A stretch of DNA of 64,000 bases, from positions 24,986,001 through 25,050,000 of the forward strand of contig OZ249441.1 in the NCBI GenBank assembly GCA_965235115.1, given 5' to 3'. The notes beneath the pieces are model-generated. The model had not been told where the DNA came from. It saw nothing but the letters and a program-made list of their open reading frames with translations, and did no database searches. The position numbers and the translations under genes were made by a program. Origin of the DNA: Laetmonice hystrix (Eukaryota). Below, piece after piece: positions 47,948 through 59,587 of this stretch (positions are counted from its first letter, which is position 1; every line of letters begins with the position of its first letter).

Positions 47948-48181
47948 GTGGTCATTCAAATCTGACTACTAGGTCACATGGACGGTAGGGGGGCGTGCTC
48001 CAAGCGGATCTCCACTAGAGGGAGCTTTCACCGGGTATTATGTATAGACAGGAGTTCTGGTGAACTCGTTCTTGTTTCTCTTAGAACACTTTTAAATTTA
48101 TTTTGACCATTGGGAATCGAGAAACTGTAAGTCTCTCATATGTTATGAGGTAAGTATCGCGTATTTATTAACAATCAGTTT
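47948..48181 (+). repeat. DIRS-A right ITR
   Basis: Inverted copy of the left ITR with a diverged outer end (...TTAACAATCAGTTT). Confidence 0.88.
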
Positions 48182-48229
48182 CCTCCGAAACTGTTTTTTT
48201 CTTTTGAAATGCACGGGCATCAGGGGTAA

Positions 48230-48369
48230 CCCAATTACTTTGACAATGTCCGTAAAGAGAAAAGTTGTATAGTCCTCTACAGGAATCGAACCCAGGCCCT
48301 AAGATTACTGCACCCATTCGCATAGCATAAGGTGTCGACATCCATGCCCACTAGGCCACCGCCACTCCC
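48230..48369 (-). mobile_element. tRNA-derived SINE head
   Basis: Pol III A box TGGCCTAGTGG (48358-48348) and B box GGTTCGATTCC (48292-48282); no cloverleaf. 3' extent uncertain. Confidence 0.55.
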
Positions 48370-48388
48370 CCATGATTTGGCCTTTGAA

Positions 48389-48640
48389 GCCCGCCGCACA
48401 CTGTCACGATTTTGGGCAACACGATCCGACCCGATATCAGCCGACTCGCGACTGCCCTCGCACACCTTCACGACATTGTGATTGGTTGCGGCTGCCGATG
48501 GCAGCTGACTGGTGCGACTCTCGATTAACATTTTGAATCGGCTACGATTTTGCCTGACTGCAGTCGTGAGGCAACTCCCGACAGGTTTCCGACGTCGGCT
48601 CGGCTAAGATCGTGACAAATCCTGACAGTGTGCGGCATGC
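48389..48640. mobile_element. MITE, 252 bp (Harbinger-like TIR)
   Basis: 24-bp TIR GCCCGCCGCACACTGTCACGATTT vs reverse complement GCATGCCGCACACTGTCAGGATTT. Confidence 0.7.
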
Positions 48641-49044
48641 TTAAGGCCTGGCCCCATATACCCGATTCCCTCCGACCAGATGGTCGGCGACCATCAGGTC
48701 GGTATGTGAGGCCGGGGTTATCGGGCCTAGTCTGGTGTTTTATCCCATATCAAACCATCAGGTCGGTCATGAGATGTGGAAGATTACCTACACTACACTA
48801 AAATTGTCCATAAACCATAATAATTGAGAATACCAGTGACTTTCTTCTTTATACACTGTGGAAACGCATAAAATATCCATCTTTTGAGAGTTGGAAAATG
48901 TTTATGATTAACAGCTGCCCGCTCCCCAGTATCGATGGTGAAAAGAAGTGCCCTTTAATTTGGTAGAAATGTGCCATTTAAGATTATCTTCCCAGCGAGC
49001 GGGGCCTATTTCCCCTAAAATCGGATGGGGAAGGGGGGTTCTTA

Positions 49045-49796
49045 AGTGTGTTTGCAGCCAACCGGAGGTCCCCACTGCTGTTCAATCAAGTACTGTAGGG
49101 ATCTTGTTATTTACTGCTCTTATGTTTTACCAAACCTTTGATTGCATCTTTTGTTTCAGAAGTTCCAAGTTCTCAATTATGGATGTAGGGTGACCTGAGG
49201 AGGAAAGGTCTGTTTCCAGCCACCCCGAGGTTCGAACTGCTGTTGAACCAAGTAACGTAGAGATCTTCTTATTGCAGTTATGTTTTTGACGATACTTTGA
49301 TCTGATCTTTTGCTTTAGAAGTTCAGCTTCTCGTGGATTCAGGGTGACTAGAAGTGTGTTTGCAGCCACCCCGTGGTTCCGACTGCTGTTCAATCAAGCA
49401 CGGTAGGGATCTTCATCTTTTTATTGCTCTTATGTTTTGCCAAACCTTTGACTGCACCTTTTGTTTCAAAAGTTCCAAGTTCTCAATCATGGATGCAGGG
49501 TGGCCTGAGGAGGAGAGGTCTGTTGCCAGCCACCCCGAGGTTCCAAGTGCTGTTGAATCAAGTACTGTGGAGATATTGTTATTGCTGTTATGTTTTTGTC
49601 GATACTTTGATTTGATCTTTTGCTTCAGAAGTCCAAAATCTCATAGAAGCAGGGTGACCAGAAGTGTGTTTCCAGCCACCTCGAGGTTTCGACTGCTGTT
49701 CAATCAAGCACGGTAAAGATCTTCTTATTCCCGTTATGTTTTTGTCGATACTCTGATCTGATATTTTGCTTCAGAAGTTCCAAGTTCTTTGGGATT
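49045..49796 (+). repeat. satellite-like tandem array, 5 monomers with dimeric higher-order structure
   Basis: Anchor (c/g)tgctgtt[c/g]aa at 49075, 49237, 49383, 49547 and 49693; spacings 162/146/164/146. Confidence 0.88.
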
Positions 49797-50892
49797 TTAA
49801 TACAGGAAAAAAGTTACCTAGCACACATAAGGTATTACGCCATAGTGGCCCTAGCAAACGGCGAATTAATTGATCTCAAAAGATCTTGGGAGAGTGCACC
49901 TTTTCCAGCGTCGTAGTTTGGATGTTTAATTCTGTTTTGTGTGTTGCAGACGTTGGACCTGAGTTTAGCGTCTGCGACTGGACTTGAAGTTGTGCTGTGT
50001 GTAGCGTCTGTTGGGCGGCGTTCAGGCTGGCAAGCAGCAGGAGTTAGTGGACCGTGGCATTTGAGTTGGCTTGACCATGAGTCACAGAGTTACGCTTGGG
50101 CCGGTTGTAGATAAGGATCGGTTCAACATTCATTGGTTGTGTTTGGGCCGGAGTGAGAAGTGGTTCGGTGTTGCCGTTCGGGTAACGCTTGGACCTTGGT
50201 ACATGTGTTATTGCTTAGCCAGTATAGGTTACGTTGTAACCAGTCTGTTGGCATTTAAGTAGTTATGGCTGACGCAGAGCGAGGTGTTGCTCAGTGCGAA
50301 GCAGGGACGAATTCGCCCCCACGAGGTGACGAGCCACGTGGCAATTAGTCTGGGGCGCGAAATTCTTCAGATAAGTCAGGGTCGCGCAAAAAGAAACACT
50401 ATGACAAAGGTTCGGGACCGGCGGCTAAATCAGTTTGCAGGGCTCTTGATGATTTGAACAGGAAGGGCCTTCAGCCACTCAGGATTCGGTCGAAAATCAG
50501 CCGGCTCCATCTGGTGCGAGTTTGGCAGTTCTAGCGAAACAGGTTACTGTGTTAATGTCGCGGATTAACAGTTTAGTATCAATGCGCTGCGGAGCCTGAT
50601 GAGAGTGCACCGCCACAATCAGAGCCGGAGATACAGTTATTTCCCGAGGATTATGATGCGTTTTCGATTATGTCAGACGTTTGCCTGCCATGTCTAGTGA
50701 ACTCGGTTCAGTCAGAGGTGATGGCCCGCGGCGAGGACGGGTGTCCGACTTCATACGCGACCCTTATTACGTCTGTGGCGGAAGTTAATTAGCTCCTTGC
50801 CCTATGGGGCCTCAGGGCCGGGGTAACATGTGGAATGTTTTGAATGCAGTACTTTAAAATAAATGGGATTCCTAAGCTGCAGGGTTTCAGAA

Positions 50893-51105
50893 TGTTATGT
50901 ATGTACACTAATCGACTGGTGTGAGTCGATAGCAGAGATGGATCATAATCGATTGGTTTTGTAAGGTCTGTGCATGTGGAATAAAGAGGTTTGGTTCTGG
51001 ATAGAAATGGCTATGACACGTGTTGTGCGAGTTATGAAGCCGGGTCACTAAGACGGATAAGTAGAACCCCGAACCCAGTCCTGCCCAGAGTTAGAGGACA
51101 TAACA
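50893..51105 (+). repeat. Mag-type 5' LTR
   Basis: TGTTAT...ATAACA; AATAAA at 50980-50985. Confidence 0.93.
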
Positions 51106-51164
51106 GTGGCGACAAGGATTAGGGCCTAGTAGGACGTGATTTCCATGAGACGGCAGCCGTTTCA

Positions 51165-52406
51165 GTGGATATACCAGCGGTTGAGCGTTTCGAGCTGGAC
51201 GGGGGTGCGGCTTCGTTGGCACCAAAATGGCGGCAGTGGAAGAAGGCGTTTGAATTTTACCTAGCTGCGAAGACGGTGGTAAATGTGCCACAGAAACGAG
51301 CGTTGCTGTTGCACTGTGCAGGGCCGGCAGTACCGGAACTGTTTGAAACGTTAACGGATCCAGGGCCAGCGGATCGGGCCGTCCCGGAGATGCAGGATGC
51401 GGAGGGGAATGTCGTACCACATGTTGATGAGGCGGACGACTATACTAAAGCCCTACGGACGTTGGATGCGTATTTCCTGCCTTCGGTTAGTGAGCCCTAC
51501 GAAATGCATGTCTTCAGGGCTATGACGCAAAGCAGGGACGAGACCATTGACCAGTTCATGGCGAGATTAAGGAAGCAGGCCCACCTATGTAATTTCGTGA
51601 ATGCTGACATAGACATCAGAGACCAAGTGATCGAGAAATGTCGGTTGACTCAGCTAAAAAGGAAACTGTTCGCAAAAACTGACTTGACACTGACTAAAAC
51701 ATTAGAGATGGCGCGTGTCATGGAGGTTGTTGATCACCAGATGGAGTCACAGACACTGAGTCAGGATACAGCAGAAACCGTACATGTGATCAGGAAAAGC
51801 CGGTCATATTCTACCAACATGACCAAGGCTAGGGAACAAAACAAGTCGCACAGTGGAGATAGGCCTACCCGTGACTCAAGGAAGCGAGGTCAGGAATGTT
51901 ACCGGTGTGGAGGTGAAGGGCATTTCGGGCGTGATTCAGTGTGCCCCGGTAGGTCAGCTGAGTGCAGGAAGTGTGGTCGAATCGGACATTTTGCCAAAAA
52001 GTGCCACACTAAAGTAGGTGGAAAATCAGATAGTGAATCACGGACACGCAAAGTGGTCAAATATGTACAGGACCATGAATCGCCAGATGAGGAGTCAGAG
52101 ACAGACATTCTGGGTATTTATGCAGTTGACAAAACAATGAAAAGTGGCTATGAAGTGGAGGTTCAGTTTGCAAACAAGGAGCTAGTGATAAAAGTGGATA
52201 CTGGTACCAGTGTATCAATTATGTCGCAATCACAATATGAGAGTGAATTTGTGCATGTGCCTCTCAAATCGAGCAAAGTGGACCTGAGAGCCTACGGTGG
52301 TCAGAGACTTAGAGTATGTGGTGAACTAACTGCCAAAGTGAAACACAATGGTCAATGCCTGGAATTACCCATAGCAGTGGTCGAAGACAAGGGACCTGTC
52401 TTGTGA
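51165..52406 (+). pseudogene. gag: Mag-type Gag-protease (premature stop)
   Basis: KRALLLHCAG, CYRCGGEGHFGRDSVC, CRKCGRIGHFAKKC, VDTGTSVS; a TGA interrupts PVL*GRNW. Confidence 0.88.
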
Positions 52407-54930
52407 GGTAGAAACTGGCAAAACAAGTTGAAACTGAACTGGCAGTCAATCTTTAATGTGAGTTCCCCAGACACGGAGATGCACGCAGTCTTACAGAAAC
52501 ACAAGGATGTGTTTTCGAAGGAGTTGGGTACGGTAAAAGGCTTCAAAGCCGACATCAAGGTTCAGGAAGGGGCGCAACCGATATTTTGTAAAGCGCGGCC
52601 TGTTCCATATACATTGTTGCCAAAAGTGGATGCGGAGTTGGATCGAAGGAAGCGAGTGGGCGTCGCCGATTGTTTGCGTACCTAAGAAATGTGGGGGCTT
52701 ACGCATATGTGGTGACTTTAAAGGTGCATATTTTGGGGAAACATGAAAAATCGGTATTTCAAAGAACTTTTGCTGTTTTCATGAAGAGATCCTTCATAAA
52801 AATTGCTTGGTTAACACAGACAAACCTATCCGTTATATTTTGCGTGAGAAATCGAAGATTTTGGAGCCCCCTTGCTGGCCATCTGGAAAAACGGCTCCGC
52901 CCACCGTTTGCACGTGGATTTTGTTGACACACGTGACACGCAGAACCCTCGCGCATGCTCAGACGGTTTGTTTTGAAGCATGGCTGACGAAGTTACAAAC
53001 GGGACATGGAGATGGCGAGTATAAACGCCGAATGTTTCGCGTGTACGTTTAGTTTTATCAGTCAGGAAATTGTCTGACACTCGATCGTGGTGGAAGGAGT
53101 CGGGAAACGATGGCGGCTCGGGAACGAATCGAGCGTGTTTCGCATGTCGCTTCCCCCCACATCTACAGGCAACCTAGGCCAGATGCACTCGGTCGAGGTC
53201 CCGTTCCAGACACCTGTTAACGACCCACTTGCCTTGGTTTCTGAGATTGACTTGCTATCTTTTTCAACTTCTATATCTTTCTTTCCTTGCCCGGTTCCCT
53301 GCCGATTCCGTAAAATATATTTTGGGTGGCATTCTGATGCCGAACGATGCCGAGTGCAGCTGCTGAATTGTTTACAACTAAGCGAAGCACGTGACCCAGA
53401 ACCTACGCTCCTACGAGGTCAGAGGTCGTGCCTGCGCGGTAGGAACAAGTTTCTACGGTCATATTATACCAAACTTATCAACCTTACTTCACCCACTGCA
53501 TGAGCTGTTGCATCTAAAGACGCCATGGAATTGGAGTAAAGGATGTGACGACGCCTTTGAAAAGTCTAAAACGGCCTTGCTTACCAACAACGTGTTGGTA
53601 CCGTATGATGTGAACAGGAAGCTGGTGTTAGCGACGGACGCCTCACCTGTCGGAGTGGGGACCGTGTTATCACATGAGATTGACGGGGCCGAGCGACCCA
53701 TTGCCTTTGCGTCGCGAACACTAACCAAAAGCGAGAGGAACTATTCGCAGATTGAGAAGGAAGGCTTAGGAATAGTAAATGGGATTAGGAAATTCCATAA
53801 ATATCTGTACGGGAGGAGGTTTCACCTATTCACGGACCACCAGCCTCTCGTGACCATATTTGGGCCTAAAACGGGAATACCAACCTTGGCAGCAGCCCGT
53901 ATGCAGAAATGGGCGGTCATACTCTATGCATACAGCTGCACGGTGTCGTATCACCGTTAGGGGGATAACGCTAACGCAGATGCGTTATCACGCCTACCCT
54001 GTGATGAGAAGGCAACAACCGAGGATATCGAGGCGGAAGCATTCTTCTTCTTCTCACTGGAGGAATTGCCTATCTGTGCCAAAGACAAAGACAAAAAAGG
54101 ACTAGTCGGAACCCTATTTTGTCAAAAGTGTGCCACTATGTGCAGTATGGATGGCCCAACTACCTAACAGAGGAGGAGGATCAACTGAAGCCATATTTTA
54201 GGCGACAAACGGAACTGTCGACTCAGCAAAATTGTGTGATGTGGGGAATGCGAGTAGTAGTCCCCAGTGCATTTCGTCAGAGGCTGGTGGCCTGGCCTGG
54301 ATGGTGCCATTGAGAGTATGGTAAACACCTGTGAGATTTGCCAAACAGTGCGAAAGGCGCCTCCAGTAGCGCCGTTGTACCCCTGGAAGTGGTCGACACG
54401 GGCGTGGCAACGTGTGCATGTAGATTTTGCGGAGAAGAAAGGTGACTACTATCATACTATCATACTAGTCGATAGTCACTCAAAATGGATCGAAGTGGAG
54501 CATATGAGTAGTACGACAACAGAAAAGACAGTCGCAGTACTGCGTGAGTGGTTTGCGCAGTATGGACTACCTGAAGTCCTGGTGTCCGATAATGGACCAC
54601 AATTCATCTCACAGGACTTTGCATTGTTTCTTAAGAGTAATGGCGTTCGCCATATCCTAGTTCCTGCATAGGGATGATGACCTGTTGCTGGATGAGGACA
54701 TTTTACCACACCGGGAGGACCATTTCAAGCCGGTGGTCTCTCCGGAGAGTCAACCTGCGCCTGCCGACGAGCACCTGTCCTCGCCAGATAACGTGACGAC
54801 AGGGACGCCTACACCCATCATGGGAAGGAGCAGCCCTGCTGCTAGGCAACCACCAGCTGCCGACGTGCAGACCCCAGGGTTACGTCGCTCTGGTCGAGTC
54901 AGAAAAGCGCCTGAGAGACTGGACATTTAG
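52407..54930 (+). pseudogene. pol: Mag-type pol remnant (RT core and integrase C-half lost)
   Basis: KARPVPY, SEWASPIVCVPKK..RICGDFK cut at TTAA 52718; resumes FYGHIIPNL; LATDAS..YSQIEKEGL (RH); CEIC, VHVDFA, VSDNGPQF (IN); ends RRSGRVRKAPERLDI*. Confidence 0.88.
52722..53395 (+). mobile_element. Kolobok-like element (copy 2, right end lost)
   Basis: TTAA|AGGTGCATATT left end; two blocks homologous to 16439-16707, with about 440 bp of extra internal sequence. Confidence 0.8.
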
Positions 54931-55303
54931 CGGGATACTCCGGGGATAGTTTTAAACCGAGAAGATATATTCTGGATTCCGTGCTATTTGGAAGACTTTC
55001 AGTCACTACACTGGTTGTTGTAGTTGTGAACTTTGAGTTGTGATCGCTGTAGTTATTTTTTGCCAATTGCTAACGGATATATGTTTTCCTTATCCATAAA
55101 GAGAGGAGGACAGGACAGCCGAACTTTTATCATGGAAACTTTTATAACTTGGATTACCATGCTGTGGGTATTCTAAAGACTGTCATTTGGGAAGTATTAG
55201 TAGTATTAAGTTGGAAGCAAAGTAAATAGTCAGACTGACAATTCTTCGTTCTAATTCTAGGTTGGATTCATACTAGAAGGAGCTATAACTAAGTGGGGAG
55301 GAG

Positions 55304-55516
55304 TGTCATGTATGTACACTAATCGACTGGTGTGAGTCGATAGCAGAGATGGCTCATAATCGATTGGTTTTGTAAGGTCTGCGCATGCGGAATAAAGAGG
55401 TTTGGTTCTGGATAGAAATGGCTACGACACGTGTTGTGCGAGTTATGAAGCCGGGTCACTAAGACGGATAAGTAGAACCCCGAACCCAGTCCTGCCCAGA
55501 GTTAGAGGACATAACA
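55304..55516 (+). repeat. Mag-type 3' LTR
   Basis: 208/213 identical to the 5' LTR. Confidence 0.93.
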
Positions 55517-55521
55517 CAGAA

Positions 55522-57961
55522 GGAAATATTATGCGTTGCACGGGGGTCCTTCTATGGACCCGCCTGTGCTCGAGTCGGCGGCCACTATGCTGGGTGTTAA
55601 GGAGCCGGAGACTCTTACGTTTTTTTCCAAAGGTTCTTTTACAGAGATGGACACTATGGTCCGCGCGTTAACTCACGCAGCGATATATATAGTTTTTTTT
55701 TGTTGGCGGCTGGATGTAAGTTTTTAGAGTCTGAACAAAACACCCAACCCAAAGATTATTTCCCCTCGGCCAGCTTGGCCTTGAGTCATGTGAGAGAGTT
55801 AGGCATCAGGTTGTCAGCTAATATGGTTCTTAAGCGCAGGGATGAAGCTCTGAAGACCAATTTTTTGGATTCCATCTTTCGCACCATGTTACGCACAGTC
55901 CCCCTACAGTCGGAAATTTATGTTTGCGGGGAAGTGAGAGGAAGTCCGTGCCAAGCAGGCACAGGTGTCGCGGGACAGAGTGTACAGACCACAACAGGTC
56001 ACCGAATCACGACAGGTTAGCTTCAGAACACTGGCTCGTCGGGGGGTCTTTTGCCCCCGCTTCCTTTTCTCGCGGTCGGGCTGTACAGGCTCCGTCGTCT
56101 GCGGCAGGGTCGGCGCGTGATTTAACGAACCATCGCATTCGAGTGTCGGACGTGGTTTCCGTTCTTTTAACAGATTTGGCCCCGTGAGAGGCGTCAGCTT
56201 CAGCGCCCCTAGGGAGGCGCTCCCCCGTCCTTTCCGTTACCTAGGGTAGTCTCCCCGATTTCAGGCAACGTCGTCGTTCCCAGTGAGTGCTTCCGCATTT
56301 ACCCGTAGGAGGGTGTTTGCTGGTAGCGCATGTAGTATGGGAGCAAGTTCTGGGTTGTCGCGACCCGTGGACGTTGCAGCTGTTAAGAAGGGGCTTCAAA
56401 CTTTTGTTTTGTCAGCGCCCGAGATTGTGAAATCGACCGATACCTTTTCTCCTGGGGGTAAGGGGAAAGGAAAGTCAGTGTCTACTGAGAGAGATAAAGG
56501 CTTTGCAGGAGAAGAGCGCCGTGGTGAGGCTTCAGCCTCCGTTCGGCCAGGGCTGTTACTGTTCTGGCTCCAAAGAAAACCGGGGGCATGCGCCCAGTTT
56601 TCAATCTCAAACGTCTAAACATGTATCTCCGCAAGGTCACCTTTCATATTGAAACGCTGAGGTCGGTAGTCAGTCGCTGCGAGTCGGGGACTGGGTGTTT
56701 AAGGTGGACATCAAGATGCTTATTTTCACATTCCGATATTCCAACAGCATCAGAAATACCTCCGTTTTGCCTTAAGCTGATGTCAGCGGTGGGGATATGG
56801 GCCCATCAGAGGGGCTTTTTTCTTCATCGATATCTGGACGATTGGCTCCTGCGCAACCAGTCTCGGGACTGCTTGGTCAGGCAAGGCAATCTCCTCCTCA
56901 AGGTGATGACTCAGTCCGGCCTGATAGTCAATCGGGCGAAGTCCGAACTATGTCCGACCCAGACTTATCTGGGGTGGGAGTTCAACACCATCCGAGGTAT
57001 GGTGAGACCCAGTATTCAATGGTGCCAGAAAAGCAGATGCGTGATTCGCAAGTTCAAGCAGCTGCGTTGGGCAACAGCGAGAACTTGGCTGCAGCTATTA
57101 GGATTTCTGAATTCGGGGGCGGAGGTAGTTCCCCTGGGAAGGCTACATCTCCGTCCCATTCAGTTTGTTCTAATGGATGGCACAGGAGAGATTTGGAATT
57201 GAAGGTACGAATCCCGCCCAGTTTGCATCGTTACCTGGAGTGGTGGCTGGGGGGGGGATACGGTGAGTCAGGGGGTCCAATTGGAGGAGATGAAGGCTCA
57301 TGTGCATCTGTTTTCAGATGCGTCAATGGAAGGATGGGGGGCGCATATGGACGGGGTCCAGGTCCAGGGGAGATGGACGTCGGAGGACCAGAAGTGCCAT
57401 ATCAACTATCCAGAGATGAAGGCTATTCAGCTGGCTTTGATTTCTTTTAGAGAGAAAATACAAAGAAAAGTAGTGATGGTACATGCCACGGCAGTACTGT
57501 ATTTACTCAACCAAGGCTGTACGAGGTCGACTCAGTTGACACTTTTGACATGGGTTGTCGCCGTCTTGGTATTGTTCTTCAGTGTCGCTACATATGAGGG
57601 ACACAGAACGTTTGGGCGGATGTGTTGTCACGGACAAAACATCCGCCTTACACAGAATGGGTGCCGGCCAAGTCAGTGGACAGATCGCTATTCAGTGTTC
57701 TGGGGGATCAACAGGTGGATCTGTTTGCCACAGTTCAGACCAGTATTTTGTTCCCTGTACCCCGGGACCGGGGAATTAGCGGCCGATGCTCTGGCCGTCC
57801 CGTGGACGGGGTTTCTGGGGTTTGCACCATTACCCTTGATTCCCCGGGTACTCCTCAAAGTGAAGGAGGAGGGAGCCGAGTTAATTCTGATAGCACCGTG
57901 TTGGCCGACGAGACCGTGGTGCCCAGAGTACCACGCCAGTTACCGAGGGCCGAATGACTGA
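55522..57961 (+). pseudogene. DIRS-B gag / RT / RNase H / methyltransferase-like remnants
   Basis: NMVLKRRDEAL (gag); RPVFNLKRLN, DIKDAYFHIP, HRYLDDWLL; LFSDASMEGWGA; VDLFAT, LIAPCWPTRPW; many frameshifts. Confidence 0.85.
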
Positions 57962-57999
57962 TAGAGTCGCCCCGACTGTCGTTGAGTTGCCTCAGTCTG

Positions 58000-58960
58000 T
58001 ACAATCTTCACGGTTGGAGATTGTCCGGGAACGTTCAAAAGCAGCGGGATTTTCATGCGGCGTTGCTGACCGAATATCCCGCTGCCACAAACCGTCTTCT
58101 GGGGCCGTCTATCAGTTCCAGTGGGCAGTTTTCTGTGATTGGTGTGTGGCAAGGGGTGTCAATTCCTGCAATCCCTTTTTGACGATTTTCTAACGTTTTT
58201 GTTTACGATTGCCGCGACGTTGTCTGCGTCTGACGGCACACACATGCAGCCTGTTCATTATCACGTTTGGTTCGTAATTTTGCCCTAAATCGTCCTGTGG
58301 AGGCTAAAATTATTATAGGTGGAATTTATCTGTTGTTTTGTCCGCCTTGATTGAAGCCCCCTTTGAACCCTGACGTCGGGCAGGCGCAGATCAGAAATCC
58401 ATGCTCTCCTTTCCGATCCTGATCATGTCAGGTGGTCTACGGGGGATAAAGAGGTACGTTAGTTTTGTGACCCGACTTTCATTGCTATAAGGACCAAAGG
58501 TTGACGGATGCTCCAGTCCCCATTGTGATTCCGGCTTTGGCACCGGAGGTGGGGACGGATGATTTCGAACGTCTTACTATGCCCCTGCCGCGCTCTCAGG
58601 TTTTATTTGGAAAGGACAAAGAACATGGGGGGGGGGGGGGGTGTAAACGGCGCTTGTTTGTCTCGTCGTCAATATCTACAGACATTTCTGCCCAGTCCAT
58701 TTCGCGATGGATTGTTAACTGTGTAAAGGAGGCATATATAATTGCAGTTCTGATGAGATTTTCGTAGTAAGGTTCAAGCACAAAGTGCATGCATTATCGG
58801 CTTCATGTGGGCACATGAATGGAGTGTCGTTGGCAGCATCATGCAGTCAGCATTTTGGTTTTCAGACACTACCTTCACTTCTTATTATTTGGGAGATCTA
58901 TGTGGGCAGTCGCAAGATCTTTATGCGCTTGGCCCGTTATAGTAGCGTCTTCAAAGGTGG
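58000..58960 (+). pseudogene. DIRS-B tyrosine recombinase remnant
   Basis: SSGAVYQFQWAVFCDWC, PIVIPALAPEVG, ISAQSISRWIVNCVKEAY, HALSAS; fragmented. Confidence 0.75.
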
Positions 58961-59409
58961 TGGAGCCCACGGGCTGCTACCGTTTAGTTTAAGAGTTGGG
59001 CCATTTGATTGGCTTTTTGTGCGTTTTACGCGTGTAGTTTTGCTTTGTGCCTACCTGTTGATAGGATATTTGAGTTGTGGGGAGGCTGGGAATTAGCCTT
59101 AAAGTTCTCCCGGTGTTTTGGAATCATACCGTACTTGTCGTTTGTTCGATATAGGCCTACTGTTGTCACGGCCATACACTGTTTGAGCGGTACATTCGGT
59201 GCTTGCTCTGGATTTGAGATGTAATTCGTTAGAGGATTTGGGGGACGACCGGTTCCAAGAGCCCCACCCCCGCTATGAAATCTACCTTATGTGTGCTAGG
59301 TAAGTTTGCCAACTTTTTTCCTGTATTAAACCACAACATTTTTTAGTAAAATGGTTGTTTAGTAAGGAAAAAGGGTAGACTCTATAGTTACCTAGCACAC
59401 ATAAGCCGC

Positions 59410-59587
59410 AGGCACGTAGGCCTACCCGGGGGGGGGGGGGGTTCCAGGGGTTCCGGACCCCCCCCCCCGACCCCCTCCGGTCCCCAGGTCGACTGGTGCA
59501 AAAACACAGGTAGCCCCCGGGCAGCCCTCTTGTCCTGATGGAACACCCCCCCCCCCCCCCCCCAAGCACAATCCTGGGTACCTGCCT
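59410..59587. mobile_element. G/C-tract MITE inserted in the DIRS-B right terminal repeat
   Basis: Imperfect TIR AGGCACGTA..CCCGG / CCTGGGTACCTGCCT; this segment is absent from the left copy of the repeat. Confidence 0.55.

Larger units (their letters stand above)
33642..48181 (+). mobile_element. DIRS1-type tyrosine-recombinase retrotransposon A (decayed, interrupted by Gypsy)
   Basis: Inverted terminal repeats of about 230 bp (33642-33878 / 47948-48181); internal complementary region 47871-47920; gag-like, RT, RNase H, methyltransferase-like and YR coding remnants in DIRS order. Exact outer ends are uncertain by about 10 bp. Confidence 0.92.
50893..55516 (+). mobile_element. Ty3/Gypsy Mag-type LTR retrotransposon (decayed)
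   Basis: 213-bp TG...CA LTRs (50893-51105, 55304-55516; 5 differences); 5-bp TSD CAGAA; PBS TGGCGACAAGGAT (51107-51119, tRNA-Ser-like); PPT AAGTGGGGAGGAG (55291-55303); two CCHC knuckles. Confidence 0.93.

Noticed and set aside
48282-48369. functional tRNA gene
   Set aside because: A and B boxes are present, but there is no acceptor stem or cloverleaf; a SINE head is more likely.
59425-59563. poly-G/poly-C runs as a G-quadruplex regulatory element
   Set aside because: They belong to a common MITE-type insert, similar runs are scattered through the window, and homopolymer lengths are unreliable.
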